A stretch of 64,000 bases of DNA. Source: an uncultured bacterium. Lineage in GTDB: Bacteria; Acidobacteriota; Thermoanaerobaculia; Multivoradales; JAHZIX01. The stretch is taken from contig CBDUPA010000001.1 in assembly GCA_965368975.1 (NCBI GenBank), positions 1 through 64,000 of the forward strand, written 5' to 3'. Shown piece after piece: positions 18,139-31,427 of this stretch. The notes under the pieces are model-generated. The model was given only the letters and a program-made list of their open reading frames with translations. It did not search any database and had not been told where the DNA came from. How positions within the stretch are numbered: position 1 is the first letter of the stretch; every line of letters begins with the position of its first letter. The position numbers were made by a program, and so were the translations under genes.

Positions 18139-19845
18139 TCACGCCGCCCACAGATCGACCATCTCGAAGCGGTCGACATCGACCAACCCCTGGTCGGTCA
18201 ACTTCAGCTTGGGGATCACCTCGAGGCCGAGGAATGACAGGCACATGAAGGGGTCGTGCAACTTGGAGCCCAACTCCTGCGCTGCCGCCAGGGCGACATC
18301 CAGCTGCTTACGGACGCGCTCGATCGGTTCGGCGCTCATCAGGCCTCCCAGCGGTAGCGGCACCTGCGCCAGCACGCGTTCGCCGTCGGCCACCACCAGG
18401 CCGCCGCCCAATTCGGCGGCGCGGCGGGCGGCGGTCCACATCGAGACATCGTCGACACCCGTGATCATCAGATTGTGGTGGTCGTGGGCCACCGACGAGG
18501 CGAGCGCACCGCGCTGCAGGCCGAAGCCACGCACGAAGCCGCGGCCCATGGCGCCGGATGCTCGGTGGCGCTCGATGACGGCGATCTTGAGCAGGTCGCG
18601 CTCGACGTCGGCGATCGCCTCGTCGCCGCGGACCGCCACTTCCTCGATCAGCTCTTCGGTGACCAGCTGGTTCGGCACCACGCCAATGACGCGTGCCTGG
18701 CTGCCCCCCAGCGGAATACGGAAGTCGACGCTCGTCCAGTCGATGTTCATGGTGCTACGCAGGCTGCGCAGCGGTTGTTCGCGGCGCGGCAGCGTCATCT
18801 CGCCGTCGCGCGCCATCACCTTGCCACCGCGCATCACCCAGTGCGGCGCCGGGGCTTGCAGGTCGTGGAAGGCGATCAGGTCGGCGCGCTTGCCGGGAGC
18901 GATGGCGCCGCGGTCGTCGAGACGGAAGTAGCGCGCTGGGTTCCAGGTCGCCAAGCGGATGGCCGTGATCGGATCGAGGCCCTTGGCGATGGCGGTGCGC
19001 ACCATGTAGTCGATGTGGCCCTGGTCGAGCAGGTCGGCCGGCTGGCGGTCGTCGGTGCAGAAGCAGATGCGGTGCTGGTTGTGCTGATTGACCAGCGGCA
19101 GCAGCGTTTCCAGGTTGCGCGCATTGGTCGCCTCACGGATAAAGATCGTCAGCCCCAGACGTAGCTTCTCGCGCGCCTCTTCGACGCTGGTGCACTCGTG
19201 GTCCGAGCCGATGCCGGAGGCGACGTAAGCTTGCAGCTGTTTGCCCGACAGTCCCGGGCAGTGGCCGTCGATCACCTGGTCTTCGAAGGTCTTGAGCTTG
19301 GCCAGCACTTCTTCGTCGCCGTGCACGACGCCGGGGAAGTTCATCACCTCGGCCAGCCCGAGCACCCACGGGTCGGACTTGAGCGACACGAGGTCGTACC
19401 AGTGCAGCACCGCGCCGTTGGTCTCCATGTTGGTTGCTGGCACGCACGAGGAAGCCATGATGAACATGCTCAGTGGGCCGTGCTTGGCTGCCTCGAACAT
19501 GAAGCGGATGCCGTCGAGGCCGAGTACGTTGGCGATCTCGTGCGGGTCTGTGATCACCGTCGTGGTGCCGCGTGGCACCACCGCGCGGGCGAACTCGCCG
19601 GGTGTCACCATCGAACTCTCGACGTGCATGTGGGCGTCGATGAAGCCGGGGGCGAGGTAGGCGCCTTCGAGGTCGATCTCTTCTTTGGCCTCGTAGTCGC
19701 CGAGGCCGGCGATGCGGGTGCGCACGACGGCGACGTCGGTATCGACGATCTCGCCGCTCAGCACGTTGACCACGCGGGCGTTGCGAATCAGCAGGTCGGC
19801 GGGTTCGTCGCCGCGGGCGTAACGGATCAGGTCGGCTCGGTCCAT
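18139..19845 (-). CDS. ade: Adenine deaminase
   Basis: PGFIDAHMHVESS, DPHEIANV, SSCVPAT, EVMNFPG, DGHCP, DHEC, CTDD, SSVAHDHHN, L.VIP.LKLTD.GL. Confidence 0.95.
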   Translation of the reverse strand: MDRADLIRYARGDEPADLLIRNARVVNVLSGEIVDTDVAVVRTRIAGLGDYEAKEEIDLEGAYLAPGFIDAHMHVESSMVTPGEFARAVVPRGTTTVITDPHEIANVLGLDGIRFMFEAAKHGPLSMFIMASSCVPATNMETNGAVLHWYDLVSLKSDPWVLGLAEVMNFPGVVHGDEEVLAKLKTFEDQVIDGHCPGLSGKQLQAYVASGIGSDHECTSVEEAREKLRLGLTIFIREATNARNLETLLPLVNQHNQHRICFCTDDRQPADLLDQGHIDYMVRTAIAKGLDPITAIRLATWNPARYFRLDDRGAIAPGKRADLIAFHDLQAPAPHWVMRGGKVMARDGEMTLPRREQPLRSLRSTMNIDWTSVDFRIPLGGSQARVIGVVPNQLVTEELIEEVAVRGDEAIADVERDLLKIAVIERHRASGAMGRGFVRGFGLQRGALASSVAHDHHNLMITGVDDVSMWTAARRAAELGGGLVVADGERVLAQVPLPLGGLMSAEPIERVRKQLDVALAAAQELGSKLHDPFMCLSFLGLEVIPKLKLTDQGLVDVDRFEMVDLWAA

Positions 19846-20118
19846 GGTGCTCCTAAGTTTCGCGGCCGGCGGGATGCATCCCGTCCGGCGCCGGTGACGA
19901 CAGCTCGCGGTGACGCGAGCTCGGATGCGCCGCTGTCCAGGTGAGGAACGGGTCCGGCACCCGTGCCTGGCCCCATTCTATGCAACCTGCTGCCACGAAC
20001 AATCCCGGGAGCCAGACCAAGTTGGTTTGGGCACTGCGAGTGCGGCCTTGAGCCAGCACTTCATGGCGTCGTGGCATGTTCTCTAGGATCTGCCGGTGAG
20101 AGGTGATAGACAGGCGGC

Positions 20119-20817
20119 ATGGACATGACGCCCGAGATGCTGCAGCTGGGCCTCGCCTGGTACGTGGTCTTCGTCTTCTCGCTGACGCTGCACGAGGCGG
20201 CGCACGCCTTTACCGCCCTGCGCTTGGGCGATGAAACCGCCTATCTCGGTGGTCAAGTGACGCTCAATCCGATGCCGCACATGCAACGCGAGCCGATGGG
20301 TACGATCCTGGTGCCGCTGATCAGCTTCGCCATGATGGGCTGGATGATGGGGTGGGCGAGTGCCCCCTACGATCCCTTTTGGGCCCGCCGTCATCCGCGG
20401 CGTGCGGCGTTGATGGCCGCGGCCGGGCCGGCGTCGAACCTGCTGCTGGTCGTGGTGTCGTTCGCGTTCATGAAGTTCGGCCTGGTCCAGGGTTGGTTCG
20501 CGGAGCCGGCGGACTTCGACTTCACCCATATCGTCGCGGCCGCCGAGGAGGGAGGCTCACTGACCGGCGTCGCGCTGGTGCTGAGCATCACTTTCTCGCT
20601 CAACTTGGTGCTCTTCCTGTTCAATCTGTTGCCATTCCCCCCGCTCGACGGCAGTACCATGATCTTAGCCTTGCTGCCCGAGTCCTGGGCACGCTCCTAC
20701 CAGGACTTCATGGACCAGCAACTGATCGCTCTGGCTGGGATCGTCATCGCCTGGCGACTGTTTCCGATCGCATTCGCCCCCCTCTACTGGCTGGCCATCC
20801 TGGTGCTCTACCTGTGA
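20119..20817 (+). CDS. Site-2 protease (peptidase M50)
   Basis: HEAAH, GD.TA...G..TLNP, AGPASN, FNLLPFPPLDG. Confidence 0.93.
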   Translation: MDMTPEMLQLGLAWYVVFVFSLTLHEAAHAFTALRLGDETAYLGGQVTLNPMPHMQREPMGTILVPLISFAMMGWMMGWASAPYDPFWARRHPRRAALMAAAGPASNLLLVVVSFAFMKFGLVQGWFAEPADFDFTHIVAAAEEGGSLTGVALVLSITFSLNLVLFLFNLLPFPPLDGSTMILALLPESWARSYQDFMDQQLIALAGIVIAWRLFPIAFAPLYWLAILVLYL

Positions 20818-20865
20818 GCCTGCGCGGACGAGGGGGCCTCTGGGGGACCTTCAGGCGTTCAGGTG

Positions 20866-20895
20866 TTGACCCTTCTGGAACAGCGCGCATAAAAT
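20866..20895 (+). promoter_or_regulatory. Sigma70-type promoter
   Basis: TTGACC-N18-TAAAAT upstream of the 20981 gene. Confidence 0.6.
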
Positions 20896-20980
20896 CGCCC
20901 TCTTGGGAGAGCCAGGATAGACTGCGCTATCTTCCAGGTGTTCTGGCCGATAGGGCACCTGCCGAGAGCCGTAATAGCTA

Positions 20981-21688
20981 ATGATCACTGGGTACAACAC
21001 GGACATTCCGCACGCCGGCCTTGTCTTCCACGTCCAAACGGAAGACAAAGGGCTCAACAACCCGTTTGTCGAGACGCTGGTCTATTTCAAGGGGCAGATC
21101 CTGGCGGCCAAGCGGTCGAGCTACTCGAATCTGCTGGCCGAGGGCAAGGGCGAAAAAGAAATCCTTGCCCTCATGGAGAACCAGCACCGGCGGGTGATTG
21201 TCGCCATCCGAGCTGGCAAGTTCGACGACAAGCTCGAGGCCCTGCGCGGCTCGACGGCCCAGGTCAACGAGACCTTCAGCGGTGCGCCGCCGGGCAGCAG
21301 CGAGGTGGGGCCGCCGGACGATCCTCTGGTCACCGAAACCGACCGCAGTCTCGACCAGGTGATTCTCGACTATCTCAGTTCCGAGGCCGACCAGGAGCAA
21401 CTTCTGCTCTTTGTCGATGGTGACCAGGAGCTGACGCAGGGTGCTCCGGCGACGCTGGCCGTGCGCGCCAGTTCGTCCAAGAGCGGTAGCGCGGTGGTCG
21501 GTGCGCACGTCTCGGTCAAGATGATCTCGACTGTCACCGAGCCGTGCACGCTGGCCGCCGGTCAGACCGACCAAGAAGGGCGCATTCGGTTGCCGTTCGA
21601 CATCCCGCGTCTTGAGCAGGGTAAGGCAGCCCTGATCATCGGTGCCGACAGCAACATCGGCAGCGCCGAGATCAAGCATCTCCTGTGA
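20981..21688 (+). CDS. Hypothetical protein (N-terminal GYNTD..FHVQTED domain, SLDQVILDYL motif, beta-rich C-terminus)
   Basis: Clean ORF with typical codon usage; promoter upstream; overlaps the thiS start. Confidence 0.75.
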   Translation: MITGYNTDIPHAGLVFHVQTEDKGLNNPFVETLVYFKGQILAAKRSSYSNLLAEGKGEKEILALMENQHRRVIVAIRAGKFDDKLEALRGSTAQVNETFSGAPPGSSEVGPPDDPLVTETDRSLDQVILDYLSSEADQEQLLLFVDGDQELTQGAPATLAVRASSSKSGSAVVGAHVSVKMISTVTEPCTLAAGQTDQEGRIRLPFDIPRLEQGKAALIIGADSNIGSAEIKHLL

Positions 21689-21948
21689 GCGGCTCTCCCC
21701 GATCTTCTCGGTTGGCCCCGCCTGCATCGGAGGCGTCCTCGACATGGCTGGAGATCCAGCTCAACGGCGAACCTCGCGAGGTCGCCGCCGGCAGCACGAT
21801 CCTGTCGTTGCTCGAGGTGCTCGACCGGCACCCGCGCACGGTGGCCGTCGAGCGCAACGGCGACATCGTGCGCCGTCTGTACTACGCCGATACCCACCTC
21901 GAAGCGGGCGACCGGTTGGAGATCGTCCACTTTGTCCAGGGTGGTTGA
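21685..21948 (+). CDS. thiS: Sulfur carrier protein ThiS
   Basis: IQLNGE, VAVERNGDIV, GDRLEIVHFVQGG C-terminus. Confidence 0.9.
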   Translation: MSGSPRSSRLAPPASEASSTWLEIQLNGEPREVAAGSTILSLLEVLDRHPRTVAVERNGDIVRRLYYADTHLEAGDRLEIVHFVQGG

Positions 21949-21992
21949 GGCGTGGAGCCCGCGGTCGACACCGCGAGGTTGTTGCCGCAGGG

Positions 21993-22021
21993 TTGTCACG
22001 GGCGCCAGCATCGGTTATATT
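21993..22021 (+). promoter_or_regulatory. Sigma70-type promoter of tRNA-Lys
   Basis: TTGTCA-N17-TATATT. Confidence 0.7.
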
Positions 22022-22034
22022 CCCTTTCCCGAGT

Positions 22035-22110
22035 GGGCCGCTAGCTCAATTGGCAGAGCAACAGACTCTTAATCTGTGGGTTCTAGGTTCGATTCCTAGG
22101 CGGCTCACCA
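22035..22110 (+). tRNA. tRNA-Lys (anticodon CTT)
   Basis: GGGCCGC...GCGGCTC-A-CCA; anticodon arm ACAGA-CTCTTAA-TCTGT. Confidence 0.97.
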
Positions 22111-22256
22111 CTCCCGATCCCCGCCTCCATCCGAGCGTCAAACCTCTACCAAATCGCGTAGCTAGCCGGGTCAGGTCGTGCAGCTGGCCAAATCGTGTAG
22201 ACTGTTGCGGAGCCGCCGAAGCAGTATGCGGGTGGTGGCTGATGCGTAGTACTTCA

Positions 22257-22342
22257 GCGAAAGTGGCGGAATTGGTATACGCGCTAGACTTAGGATCTAG
22301 TCCCTTTATGGGTTGGGGGTTCGAGTCCCCCCTTTCGCACCA
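22257..22342 (+). tRNA. tRNA-Leu (anticodon TAG)
   Basis: GCGAAAG...CTTTCGC-A-CCA; anticodon arm CTAGA-CTTAGGA-TCTAG; long variable arm; usual position upstream of tig. Confidence 0.97.
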
Positions 22343-22498
22343 GCTTCCCTCCACAGGAATCGAATTCGTTCCCAGAATCTCACGGACTTCCCCCAGCCAA
22401 CGTCCGAGTTGTGGGCATTGTCAGTCGGCACTGCCGGTCGGTTCTGGCCAGAGCCGACACTGCCCCGAGCCACCGCGCGGAACGCGCAGCGAGGTGTC

Positions 22499-23857
22499 AT
22501 GAGCGTCGTCATCGCCGTCGAAGATTCCGGCCCGAGCCGGAAGGAATTGAAGATCGAGGTCCCTGCCCCGGCGGTCGAAGCCGAAGTGAAGCGGGTGACC
22601 GACGAATTCGGCCGTAGCGTCCAAATGCCCGGCTTCCGCAAGGGCAAGGTACCCAAGCGCTTGGTGCAAACGCGGTTCAAGCAGGAGATCGAGAATGAGG
22701 TTCTCGACCGCCTGTTGCCGCGCTACTGGAAGCAGGCCGAAGCCGAGGTCGAACTGGATGCGCTGCTGCAGCCGGAGCTCGAGAACTACGAGCTGAAAGA
22801 CGGCGAGCCGCTGGTGTTCACCGTCGGCGTCGACGTCCGCCCGCAGGTGACGCTGGGCGACCTGGACAGCTTCCAGTTGCCCGAGCCGGCCGGTGACCCG
22901 ACCGACGAGGAAGTTCAGGACGCGCTCGACGACCTGCGCCGTAGCTTCGGTGCCTGGGTCGACGTTGATCGCCCGGCCGCGCAGGGAGACATGGTGACGG
23001 CCGAGATGACGCGGCTGGCGAGTTCCAAGGATGCAGGCTCCGAAGACGCGGAAGACGCTGACAGTCAAGAGCACACGGACACGGTCAACGTCGAGATCGG
23101 CGGCAAGAACGTGTGGGAGGAGCTGTCGGTCGCCCTGACGCACCTGAGCGCTGGCCAGCAGGCGGAGTTCAGCCGTAGCCACGGCGAAGGTGAGGACGCG
23201 CAAGAGTACAACTTTCGCGTCGTGGTGCAGAAGGTGCAGGAGCGCGAGCTTCCCGAGCTCGACGACGCCTTTGCCGAGCAGGTCGGCAAGTTCGAGTCGG
23301 TCGATGCCCTCAAGGAGGCGGTGGCCGGCAGTGTCGCCAACGGCAAGCGCGATGCGCGTCGGCGCGAGCGCGAGGTCGCGTTGCTCGACCAGCTGCGCGA
23401 GGCGCACCCACTGGAGCTGCCGAAGCGCGTGGTCGAGGGCGAGATTCGATCGATGCTCGAAGACTATGCGCAGCACATGGCACAGCAGGGCGTCAAGCCC
23501 GATGACGTGAATTGGGATCAGCTCGGCGAGGCGATGCGGCCGCAGGCCGAGAAGCGTGTGCACGCACAGCTGCTGCTGGACGCGGTAGCCAAGGATCGCG
23601 ACTTGCGCGTCGAAGAGCAGGAATTCGAGGCGCACCTGTCGGCCATCGCCCGTCAGCGCAACAGCTCGACGATGGCTATCCGACAGGCGCTCGACAGTTC
23701 TGGCAAGCTGCAAGTCCTGCGCACTCAGCTGGCGCGCGAGAAGGTGATCCGCACCCTGTTGGGAGAGCCGGATCCCTTCGCCAGCGATGAGGATGCCGCC
23801 GGGCCGGAGAAGGACGGGGCGGAAGCTGCGGCAGAGGAATCCGACAGCCAGGAGTGA
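22499..23857 (+). CDS. tig: Trigger factor
   Basis: PGFRKGKVP signature, LPELDDAFA; GAGGTG RBS before ATG 22499; tig-clpP-clpX-lon synteny. Confidence 0.95.
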   Translation: MSVVIAVEDSGPSRKELKIEVPAPAVEAEVKRVTDEFGRSVQMPGFRKGKVPKRLVQTRFKQEIENEVLDRLLPRYWKQAEAEVELDALLQPELENYELKDGEPLVFTVGVDVRPQVTLGDLDSFQLPEPAGDPTDEEVQDALDDLRRSFGAWVDVDRPAAQGDMVTAEMTRLASSKDAGSEDAEDADSQEHTDTVNVEIGGKNVWEELSVALTHLSAGQQAEFSRSHGEGEDAQEYNFRVVVQKVQERELPELDDAFAEQVGKFESVDALKEAVAGSVANGKRDARRREREVALLDQLREAHPLELPKRVVEGEIRSMLEDYAQHMAQQGVKPDDVNWDQLGEAMRPQAEKRVHAQLLLDAVAKDRDLRVEEQEFEAHLSAIARQRNSSTMAIRQALDSSGKLQVLRTQLAREKVIRTLLGEPDPFASDEDAAGPEKDGAEAAAEESDSQE

Positions 23858-23982
23858 AGCGAATAGCTTCTTCGAGGAGCGTATCGTGTCCCGTTCTGGG
23901 CAACGCGCTACACTCAACCAAGCAAGAGCACGACTCGCGCGAGCGAATAGCGAACCGAGTCAACTGAGGAGATAGATCACCT

Positions 23983-24663
23983 ATGCTGGTTCCCTACGTC
24001 ATCGAGCAGACCAACCGCGGTGAGCGTTCTTACGACATCTATTCGCGTCTGCTGAAAGATAGTATCATCTTCATTGGTCGGGGCATCGACGATGACCTGG
24101 CCAGCTTGGTGATCGCCCAGATGCTCTTCCTCGAGGCGGAGAATCCAGAGCGCGACATCGCCTTTTACATCAACTCGCCTGGAGGCTCGACGAGCGCCGG
24201 CCTGGCGATCTACGACACGATGCAGTACATCAAGCCAGACATCGCGACCTTCTGTGTAGGCCAAGCGGCCTCCATGGGTGCGGTGCTCCTGGCCGCCGGC
24301 ACCAAGGGCAAGCGCTCCGTGCTGCCCAACAGCCGGGTGCTGATCCACCAGCCGTGGATCCAGAACCTGGGTGGCCAGCAAACCGACGTCGAAATCCATG
24401 CGCGCGACATGATGCAGTTGCGCGACAAGATGGACGAGATCCTGGCTTTGCATACCGGCAAGACCAAAGAAGAAATCCATCGAGACACGGAACGCGATAA
24501 GATCCTTTCGGCCCAAGAAGCGGTGGCCTACGGGCTCGTCGACCAGGTGATGGAGCGCCGCGGCGGTCCGCTGGACTCTCAAGGGGAGTCGAGCACCGCA
24601 TCGGCAGACTCGGACACTACGCAGGGAGACGCATCCGGCACCAAGGGTTCGGATGAGAGCTAA
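23983..24663 (+). CDS. clpP: ATP-dependent Clp protease proteolytic subunit
   Basis: [31 protein letters not shown]. Confidence 0.98.
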   Translation: MLVPYVIEQTNRGERSYDIYSRLLKDSIIFIGRGIDDDLASLVIAQMLFLEAENPERDIAFYINSPGGSTSAGLAIYDTMQYIKPDIATFCVGQAASMGAVLLAAGTKGKRSVLPNSRVLIHQPWIQNLGGQQTDVEIHARDMMQLRDKMDEILALHTGKTKEEIHRDTERDKILSAQEAVAYGLVDQVMERRGGPLDSQGESSTASADSDTTQGDASGTKGSDES

Positions 24664-24762
24664 GGGCCCCGCGAGGCCTTCCGAGTCGAGGAATCACCCC
24701 TCTCCGGGCCACGTTGGCGCCCACACCGTGCCGGCTGCCGGCTGAGGGGATTTGGAGGAAAT

Positions 24763-26007
<1,245 letters not shown>

Positions 26008-26109
26008 GCCGCTTGCTGGCTCCAACTCCCGGTACTCAGATCGTACCTTCGTTCCGACAGCTCTCCGCCTCGCGCCTCGGGCGCGTCCACGATGGGGTAA
26101 ACTAGATCC

Positions 26110-28530
26110 ATGGCTTCAACCTTCGTCAAGACGCAGCGTGTGACTCTGCCCCTCGTACCTTTACGCGACATGGTCGTGTTTCCGCACATGATGGCGCCGT
26201 TCATCGTCGGCCGGGAAAGCTCGGTGCGGGCGCTGGAACAGACGCTGGCCTCGCCCGACAAGCGCATCTTCCTGGTCGCTCAGACGGACCCCAAGGTCGA
26301 CGAGCCGGGCGGTGAGGACATTTACGTCGTCGGTGTCGTGGCAACGGTGATCCAGAACCTCAAGTTGCCCAACGGCAACGTCAAGGTGATGGTCGAAGGC
26401 CTGCAGCGCGGCAAGGTGGTCGAGTTGGTGGACCGCCTGGGTGCGGTCAACGCGGTGGTTGAACTCTTTGACATCGACTACCCGCTGAGCGACGAGTTGC
26501 AGCGCTACATGGGCAAGGTACTGAGCACCTTCGAGGCGTACGCCAAGATGAGCCACCATCTGGCCTTCGAAGGCTTGATGTCGACGCTCAAGATGGACGA
26601 TCCCGACCGCTTCGCCGACACCCTGTCGGCGCACCTGGTGGTCAGTACCGCTGAGAAGCAGTCTCTGCTCGAGTTGCTCAACCCCTACGAGCGCCTGCAG
26701 CGTCTGCACGATCTGCTCGAGGTGGAAGTCGAGAAGATCAACATCGACAAGCGGATCAACGTCAAAGTCAAGAAGCAGATGGAGAAGGCTCAGAAGGAGT
26801 ACTATCTCAACGAGAAGATCAAGGCCATCCATCAAGAGCTCGGGCGCAAGGACGACCGCAGCGACGAGATGCAGGAGCTGCGCGACAAGATCGAGAAGGC
26901 CGGCATGCCCAAGGAGGCGAAGGAGAAGGCCGACCAGGAACTCAAGCGCCTGGAGTCGATGCCGCCAGTGTCTGCGGAAGCGACCGTCAGCCGCAACTAC
27001 ATCGACTGGTTGGTCAGCGTGCCGTGGAAGAAGAAGAGCCGCGAGCAGCGCGATCTGGACAAGGCCGAAGAGATCCTCAACGCCGATCACTATGGCTTGC
27101 AGAAGATCAAAGAGCGCATCTTGGAGTTCCTCGCCGTCCGCCAACTTGTGGGGCAGAGCAAGAGTTCGATCATCTGCTTTGTCGGCCCTCCGGGTGTCGG
27201 CAAGTCGTCGCTGGCCAAGTCGATCGCCCGCTCCACCGGTCGCAAGTTCGTCCGGCTCTCGCTCGGCGGCGTGCGTGACGAAGCCGAGATCCGCGGGCAC
27301 CGCCGCACCTACATCGGTGCCTTCCCGGGCCAGGTCATCCAGATGATGAAGAAGGCCGGTACGCTCAACCCGGTCTTCCTGCTCGACGAGGTCGACAAGA
27401 TGTCGATGGACTTCCGCGGCGATCCGTCGTCGGCGTTGCTGGAAGTTCTGGACCCGGAGCAGAACGACGCCTTTGCCGACCACTATCTCGACGTCGACTA
27501 CGACCTCTCCAAGGTGATGTTCATTGCTACCGCCAACGTCGTCGACACGATCCCGGCACCGCTGCGCGATCGCATGGAAGTGATCCACCTTTCCGGCTAC
27601 ACGCTGAACGAGAAGCACGCTATCGCCGAGCAGTTCCTGTTCCCGCGCCAGCTCGAGCAGCACGGTCTGAAGCCGAAGAACGTCCAGCTCGAAGACGAAG
27701 CGTTGAACGTGCTGATCGAGAAGTACACGCGCGAAGCTGGCGTGCGCAATCTAGAGCGCGAGATCGCCGCCGTCTGCCGCAAGATCGCGCGCCGCGTGGT
27801 CAAGGAAGGCAAGAAGCTCGAGGTCGAGGTGACGCCGGAAGTCCTGTACGAGCTTCTGGGCAAGGCCAAGTACCGGCCCTGGACCAAGGGCGAGGATTCG
27901 GAAGTCGGTGTCTCTACCGGTCTGGCCTGGACCGCGGCTGGCGGTGCCGTGCTCGAAACCGAGGTCAGCACGATGACCGGCAAGGGCAAGTTGACGCTCA
28001 CCGGCAAGCTGGGTGAGGTCATGCAGGAGAGCGCGCGTGCGGCGCTGTCGTACCTGCGCAGCCGTGTCGAGCTGTTCGACATCGATCCCGACTTTGCCGA
28101 GATCACCGATCTGCACATTCACGTTCCCGAGGGGGCCATTCCCAAGGATGGCCCCTCCGCCGGTATCACCATGGCCACCGCCCTGGTGTCTGCACTCACT
28201 TCGATCCCGGTTCGTCGCGACATCGCGATGACCGGCGAGATCACCTTGCGCGGCAAGGTCTTGCCTGTGGGCGGGGTAAAGGATAAAATCCTCGCTGCCC
28301 ACCGTGCTGGAATCTACGAAGTCATTGTTCCCAAGGACAACGACAAGGATCTCGACGACATCCCCGCTGAGGTCCGGGACGTGATCGAGGTTCATTTCGT
28401 AGAATCCATGGACGAAGTGCTGCAGGTGGCTCTGGATCGTGACATCACACCCCTGCCCGCCGAAGCCAAGGGCGAACTCCGAGAAGCGCCAGCCGAGACC
28501 TCTGTCGGCTCGGACTCGATAGCCCACTGA
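26110..28530 (+). CDS. lon: Lon protease
   Basis: [34 protein letters not shown]. Confidence 0.98.
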   Translation: MASTFVKTQRVTLPLVPLRDMVVFPHMMAPFIVGRESSVRALEQTLASPDKRIFLVAQTDPKVDEPGGEDIYVVGVVATVIQNLKLPNGNVKVMVEGLQRGKVVELVDRLGAVNAVVELFDIDYPLSDELQRYMGKVLSTFEAYAKMSHHLAFEGLMSTLKMDDPDRFADTLSAHLVVSTAEKQSLLELLNPYERLQRLHDLLEVEVEKINIDKRINVKVKKQMEKAQKEYYLNEKIKAIHQELGRKDDRSDEMQELRDKIEKAGMPKEAKEKADQELKRLESMPPVSAEATVSRNYIDWLVSVPWKKKSREQRDLDKAEEILNADHYGLQKIKERILEFLAVRQLVGQSKSSIICFVGPPGVGKSSLAKSIARSTGRKFVRLSLGGVRDEAEIRGHRRTYIGAFPGQVIQMMKKAGTLNPVFLLDEVDKMSMDFRGDPSSALLEVLDPEQNDAFADHYLDVDYDLSKVMFIATANVVDTIPAPLRDRMEVIHLSGYTLNEKHAIAEQFLFPRQLEQHGLKPKNVQLEDEALNVLIEKYTREAGVRNLEREIAAVCRKIARRVVKEGKKLEVEVTPEVLYELLGKAKYRPWTKGEDSEVGVSTGLAWTAAGGAVLETEVSTMTGKGKLTLTGKLGEVMQESARAALSYLRSRVELFDIDPDFAEITDLHIHVPEGAIPKDGPSAGITMATALVSALTSIPVRRDIAMTGEITLRGKVLPVGGVKDKILAAHRAGIYEVIVPKDNDKDLDDIPAEVRDVIEVHFVESMDEVLQVALDRDITPLPAEAKGELREAPAETSVGSDSIAH

Positions 28531-28657
28531 CGCGACCTGCCAGCGGGCACCCACGAAGCCCAATCCCGCATTCCTCGATCACGGCCGCCGGGGCCGTGGC
28601 AGCAAAACCAACCACCAAGATCGTGACGTCGGCCGTCCGCAGGCCGATGAGAGCCCC

Positions 28658-29239
28658 TTGAACATCCAGACCGCGGAGTTTGTCCGTTCGGCACCGACGC
28701 GTCGTGAATTCCTGCGCGACGACCGGCCGCAAGTGGCCTTCGTTGGCCGTTCGAACGTCGGCAAGTCGAGCCTGATGAACCGCCTGCTCGGGCGCAAGGG
28801 CTTGGCCCGCACCAGCTCGACTCCGGGGCGCACCCGCGCCGTCAACTACTTCCTGATCAATAGCAAGCTCTATTTCACCGACCTACCCGGATATGGATAC
28901 GCCAAGGCAAGTCACAGCGAACGCGACCGTTGGGCCACGACCGTGGACGACTACTTCCGCGGCGCCGGTGAACGCTGTCAGGTGGTCCTGCTGGTCGACT
29001 CCAAGGTCGGTGCCACGCCTCTCGACGTGCAGGCGGTGGAGTACTTGCAGCAGCTCGGCGTCCCCTTTGTGGTCGCCGCGACCAAGATCGATCGACTTTC
29101 CAGGGGGCGGCGCCCGGCGGCTTTGAAGGCCGTGCGCGAAACCCTGAATCTTACCGCTGACTCACCTGCCCTCGGAGTCTCGGCGAAATCGGGAGAGGGC
29201 CTCAAGGAACTCTGGCAGCACATCGAGCGTCGCTTGTAG
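28658..29239 (+). CDS. engB: Ribosome biogenesis GTPase EngB/YihA/YsxC
   Basis: GRSNVGKSS, PGRT, DLPGYGYA, TKID; TTG start. Confidence 0.95.
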   Translation: MNIQTAEFVRSAPTRREFLRDDRPQVAFVGRSNVGKSSLMNRLLGRKGLARTSSTPGRTRAVNYFLINSKLYFTDLPGYGYAKASHSERDRWATTVDDYFRGAGERCQVVLLVDSKVGATPLDVQAVEYLQQLGVPFVVAATKIDRLSRGRRPAALKAVRETLNLTADSPALGVSAKSGEGLKELWQHIERRL

Positions 29240-29304
29240 GCACGCGCGGCAGACGCGCGTAGCAGGCGCGCGCAGCAGGCACACGAGCAGCAACGAGGAA
29301 TCCC

Positions 29305-30612
<1,308 letters not shown>

Positions 30613-30623
30613 GTCAAGAGTCC

Positions 30624-31427
30624 GTGCCCAAGCTGCGCGTTGGCCTACTAGATGGTTGTCTCAGCCGGCCCCTGACCTGGGGCTTCATCAAAGGCCATCA
30701 TTCCGACCTCTTCGCTCCGGGGATTCATCCACCGGCCAGGATCGGTACACTGCTGGCCCAGGGCAATCTGGACGTCGCTCTGCTACCGGCGATCGACATC
30801 GTGTCGACACCCGGCCTGCGTGTGCTGCCGGACCTGTGCATGGCCGTGTTGTCCGGCGGCGCCTTGCTCGTCTACCGCGGTCCGCTTTCAGATCTGGCGC
30901 AGGTGGGTGTCGATCCAGATGATCGTCAGGCGGCGGCCTTGTTGCGTCTGGTGCTGGGCGAGCTGGCTGTGACCCCAGAGATCGTACCCTCGCGGCGCGG
31001 CCCGGAAGCGCGGCTAGAGCGTCACGGTGCAACCTTGCTCGGCGGGGACAGTGCTCTCGAGCCGAGGTGGGGTGACGGCAGCAGGGCCGCCGACATCGAG
31101 GTTCTGGACCTGGCTGCCGAGTGGCGGCGTCAAACCTCCTTGCCCTGTATCTTTGGACTCTGGGCTGTGCGCGATGGCGTCGAATTGCCGGACCTGGCCT
31201 TCTACTTCAAGAGCAGCCTGCGCTACGGTCTGTCGCTGCGCGACAACCTGGCTCGTGAAACCGCCGCTGAACTGGGAATCGATCCGGCGGCCATTCTGTC
31301 GGCCCTCGACGACTGCCGCTACTTCCTGCAGCCGAACGAGATCAAGGCCATCGATGTGTTCCACGCGCGTGCGACGGGCAGCGGCTTGCTCGCCGCGGCG
31401 CACCCGGTGCGCCTCTGGCCCGAATGA
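30624..31427 (+). CDS. mqnA: MqnA-like chorismate dehydratase (futalosine menaquinone pathway)
   Basis: LRVG....L.RPL.WG, DVALLP.I, LLGGDSAL, DLAAEW...T.LP.IFGLWA; divergent from typical members. Confidence 0.7.
   Translation: MPKLRVGLLDGCLSRPLTWGFIKGHHSDLFAPGIHPPARIGTLLAQGNLDVALLPAIDIVSTPGLRVLPDLCMAVLSGGALLVYRGPLSDLAQVGVDPDDRQAAALLRLVLGELAVTPEIVPSRRGPEARLERHGATLLGGDSALEPRWGDGSRAADIEVLDLAAEWRRQTSLPCIFGLWAVRDGVELPDLAFYFKSSLRYGLSLRDNLARETAAELGIDPAAILSALDDCRYFLQPNEIKAIDVFHARATGSGLLAAAHPVRLWPE

Noticed and set aside
8171-22342. tRNA genes as integration sites for islands
   Set aside because: No integrase, transposase or duplicated tRNA 3' end was seen; the flanks are housekeeping genes.
22313-22498. 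N-terminal extension of the Tig ORF
   Set aside because: Starts inside tRNA-Leu; the RBS supports ATG 22499.
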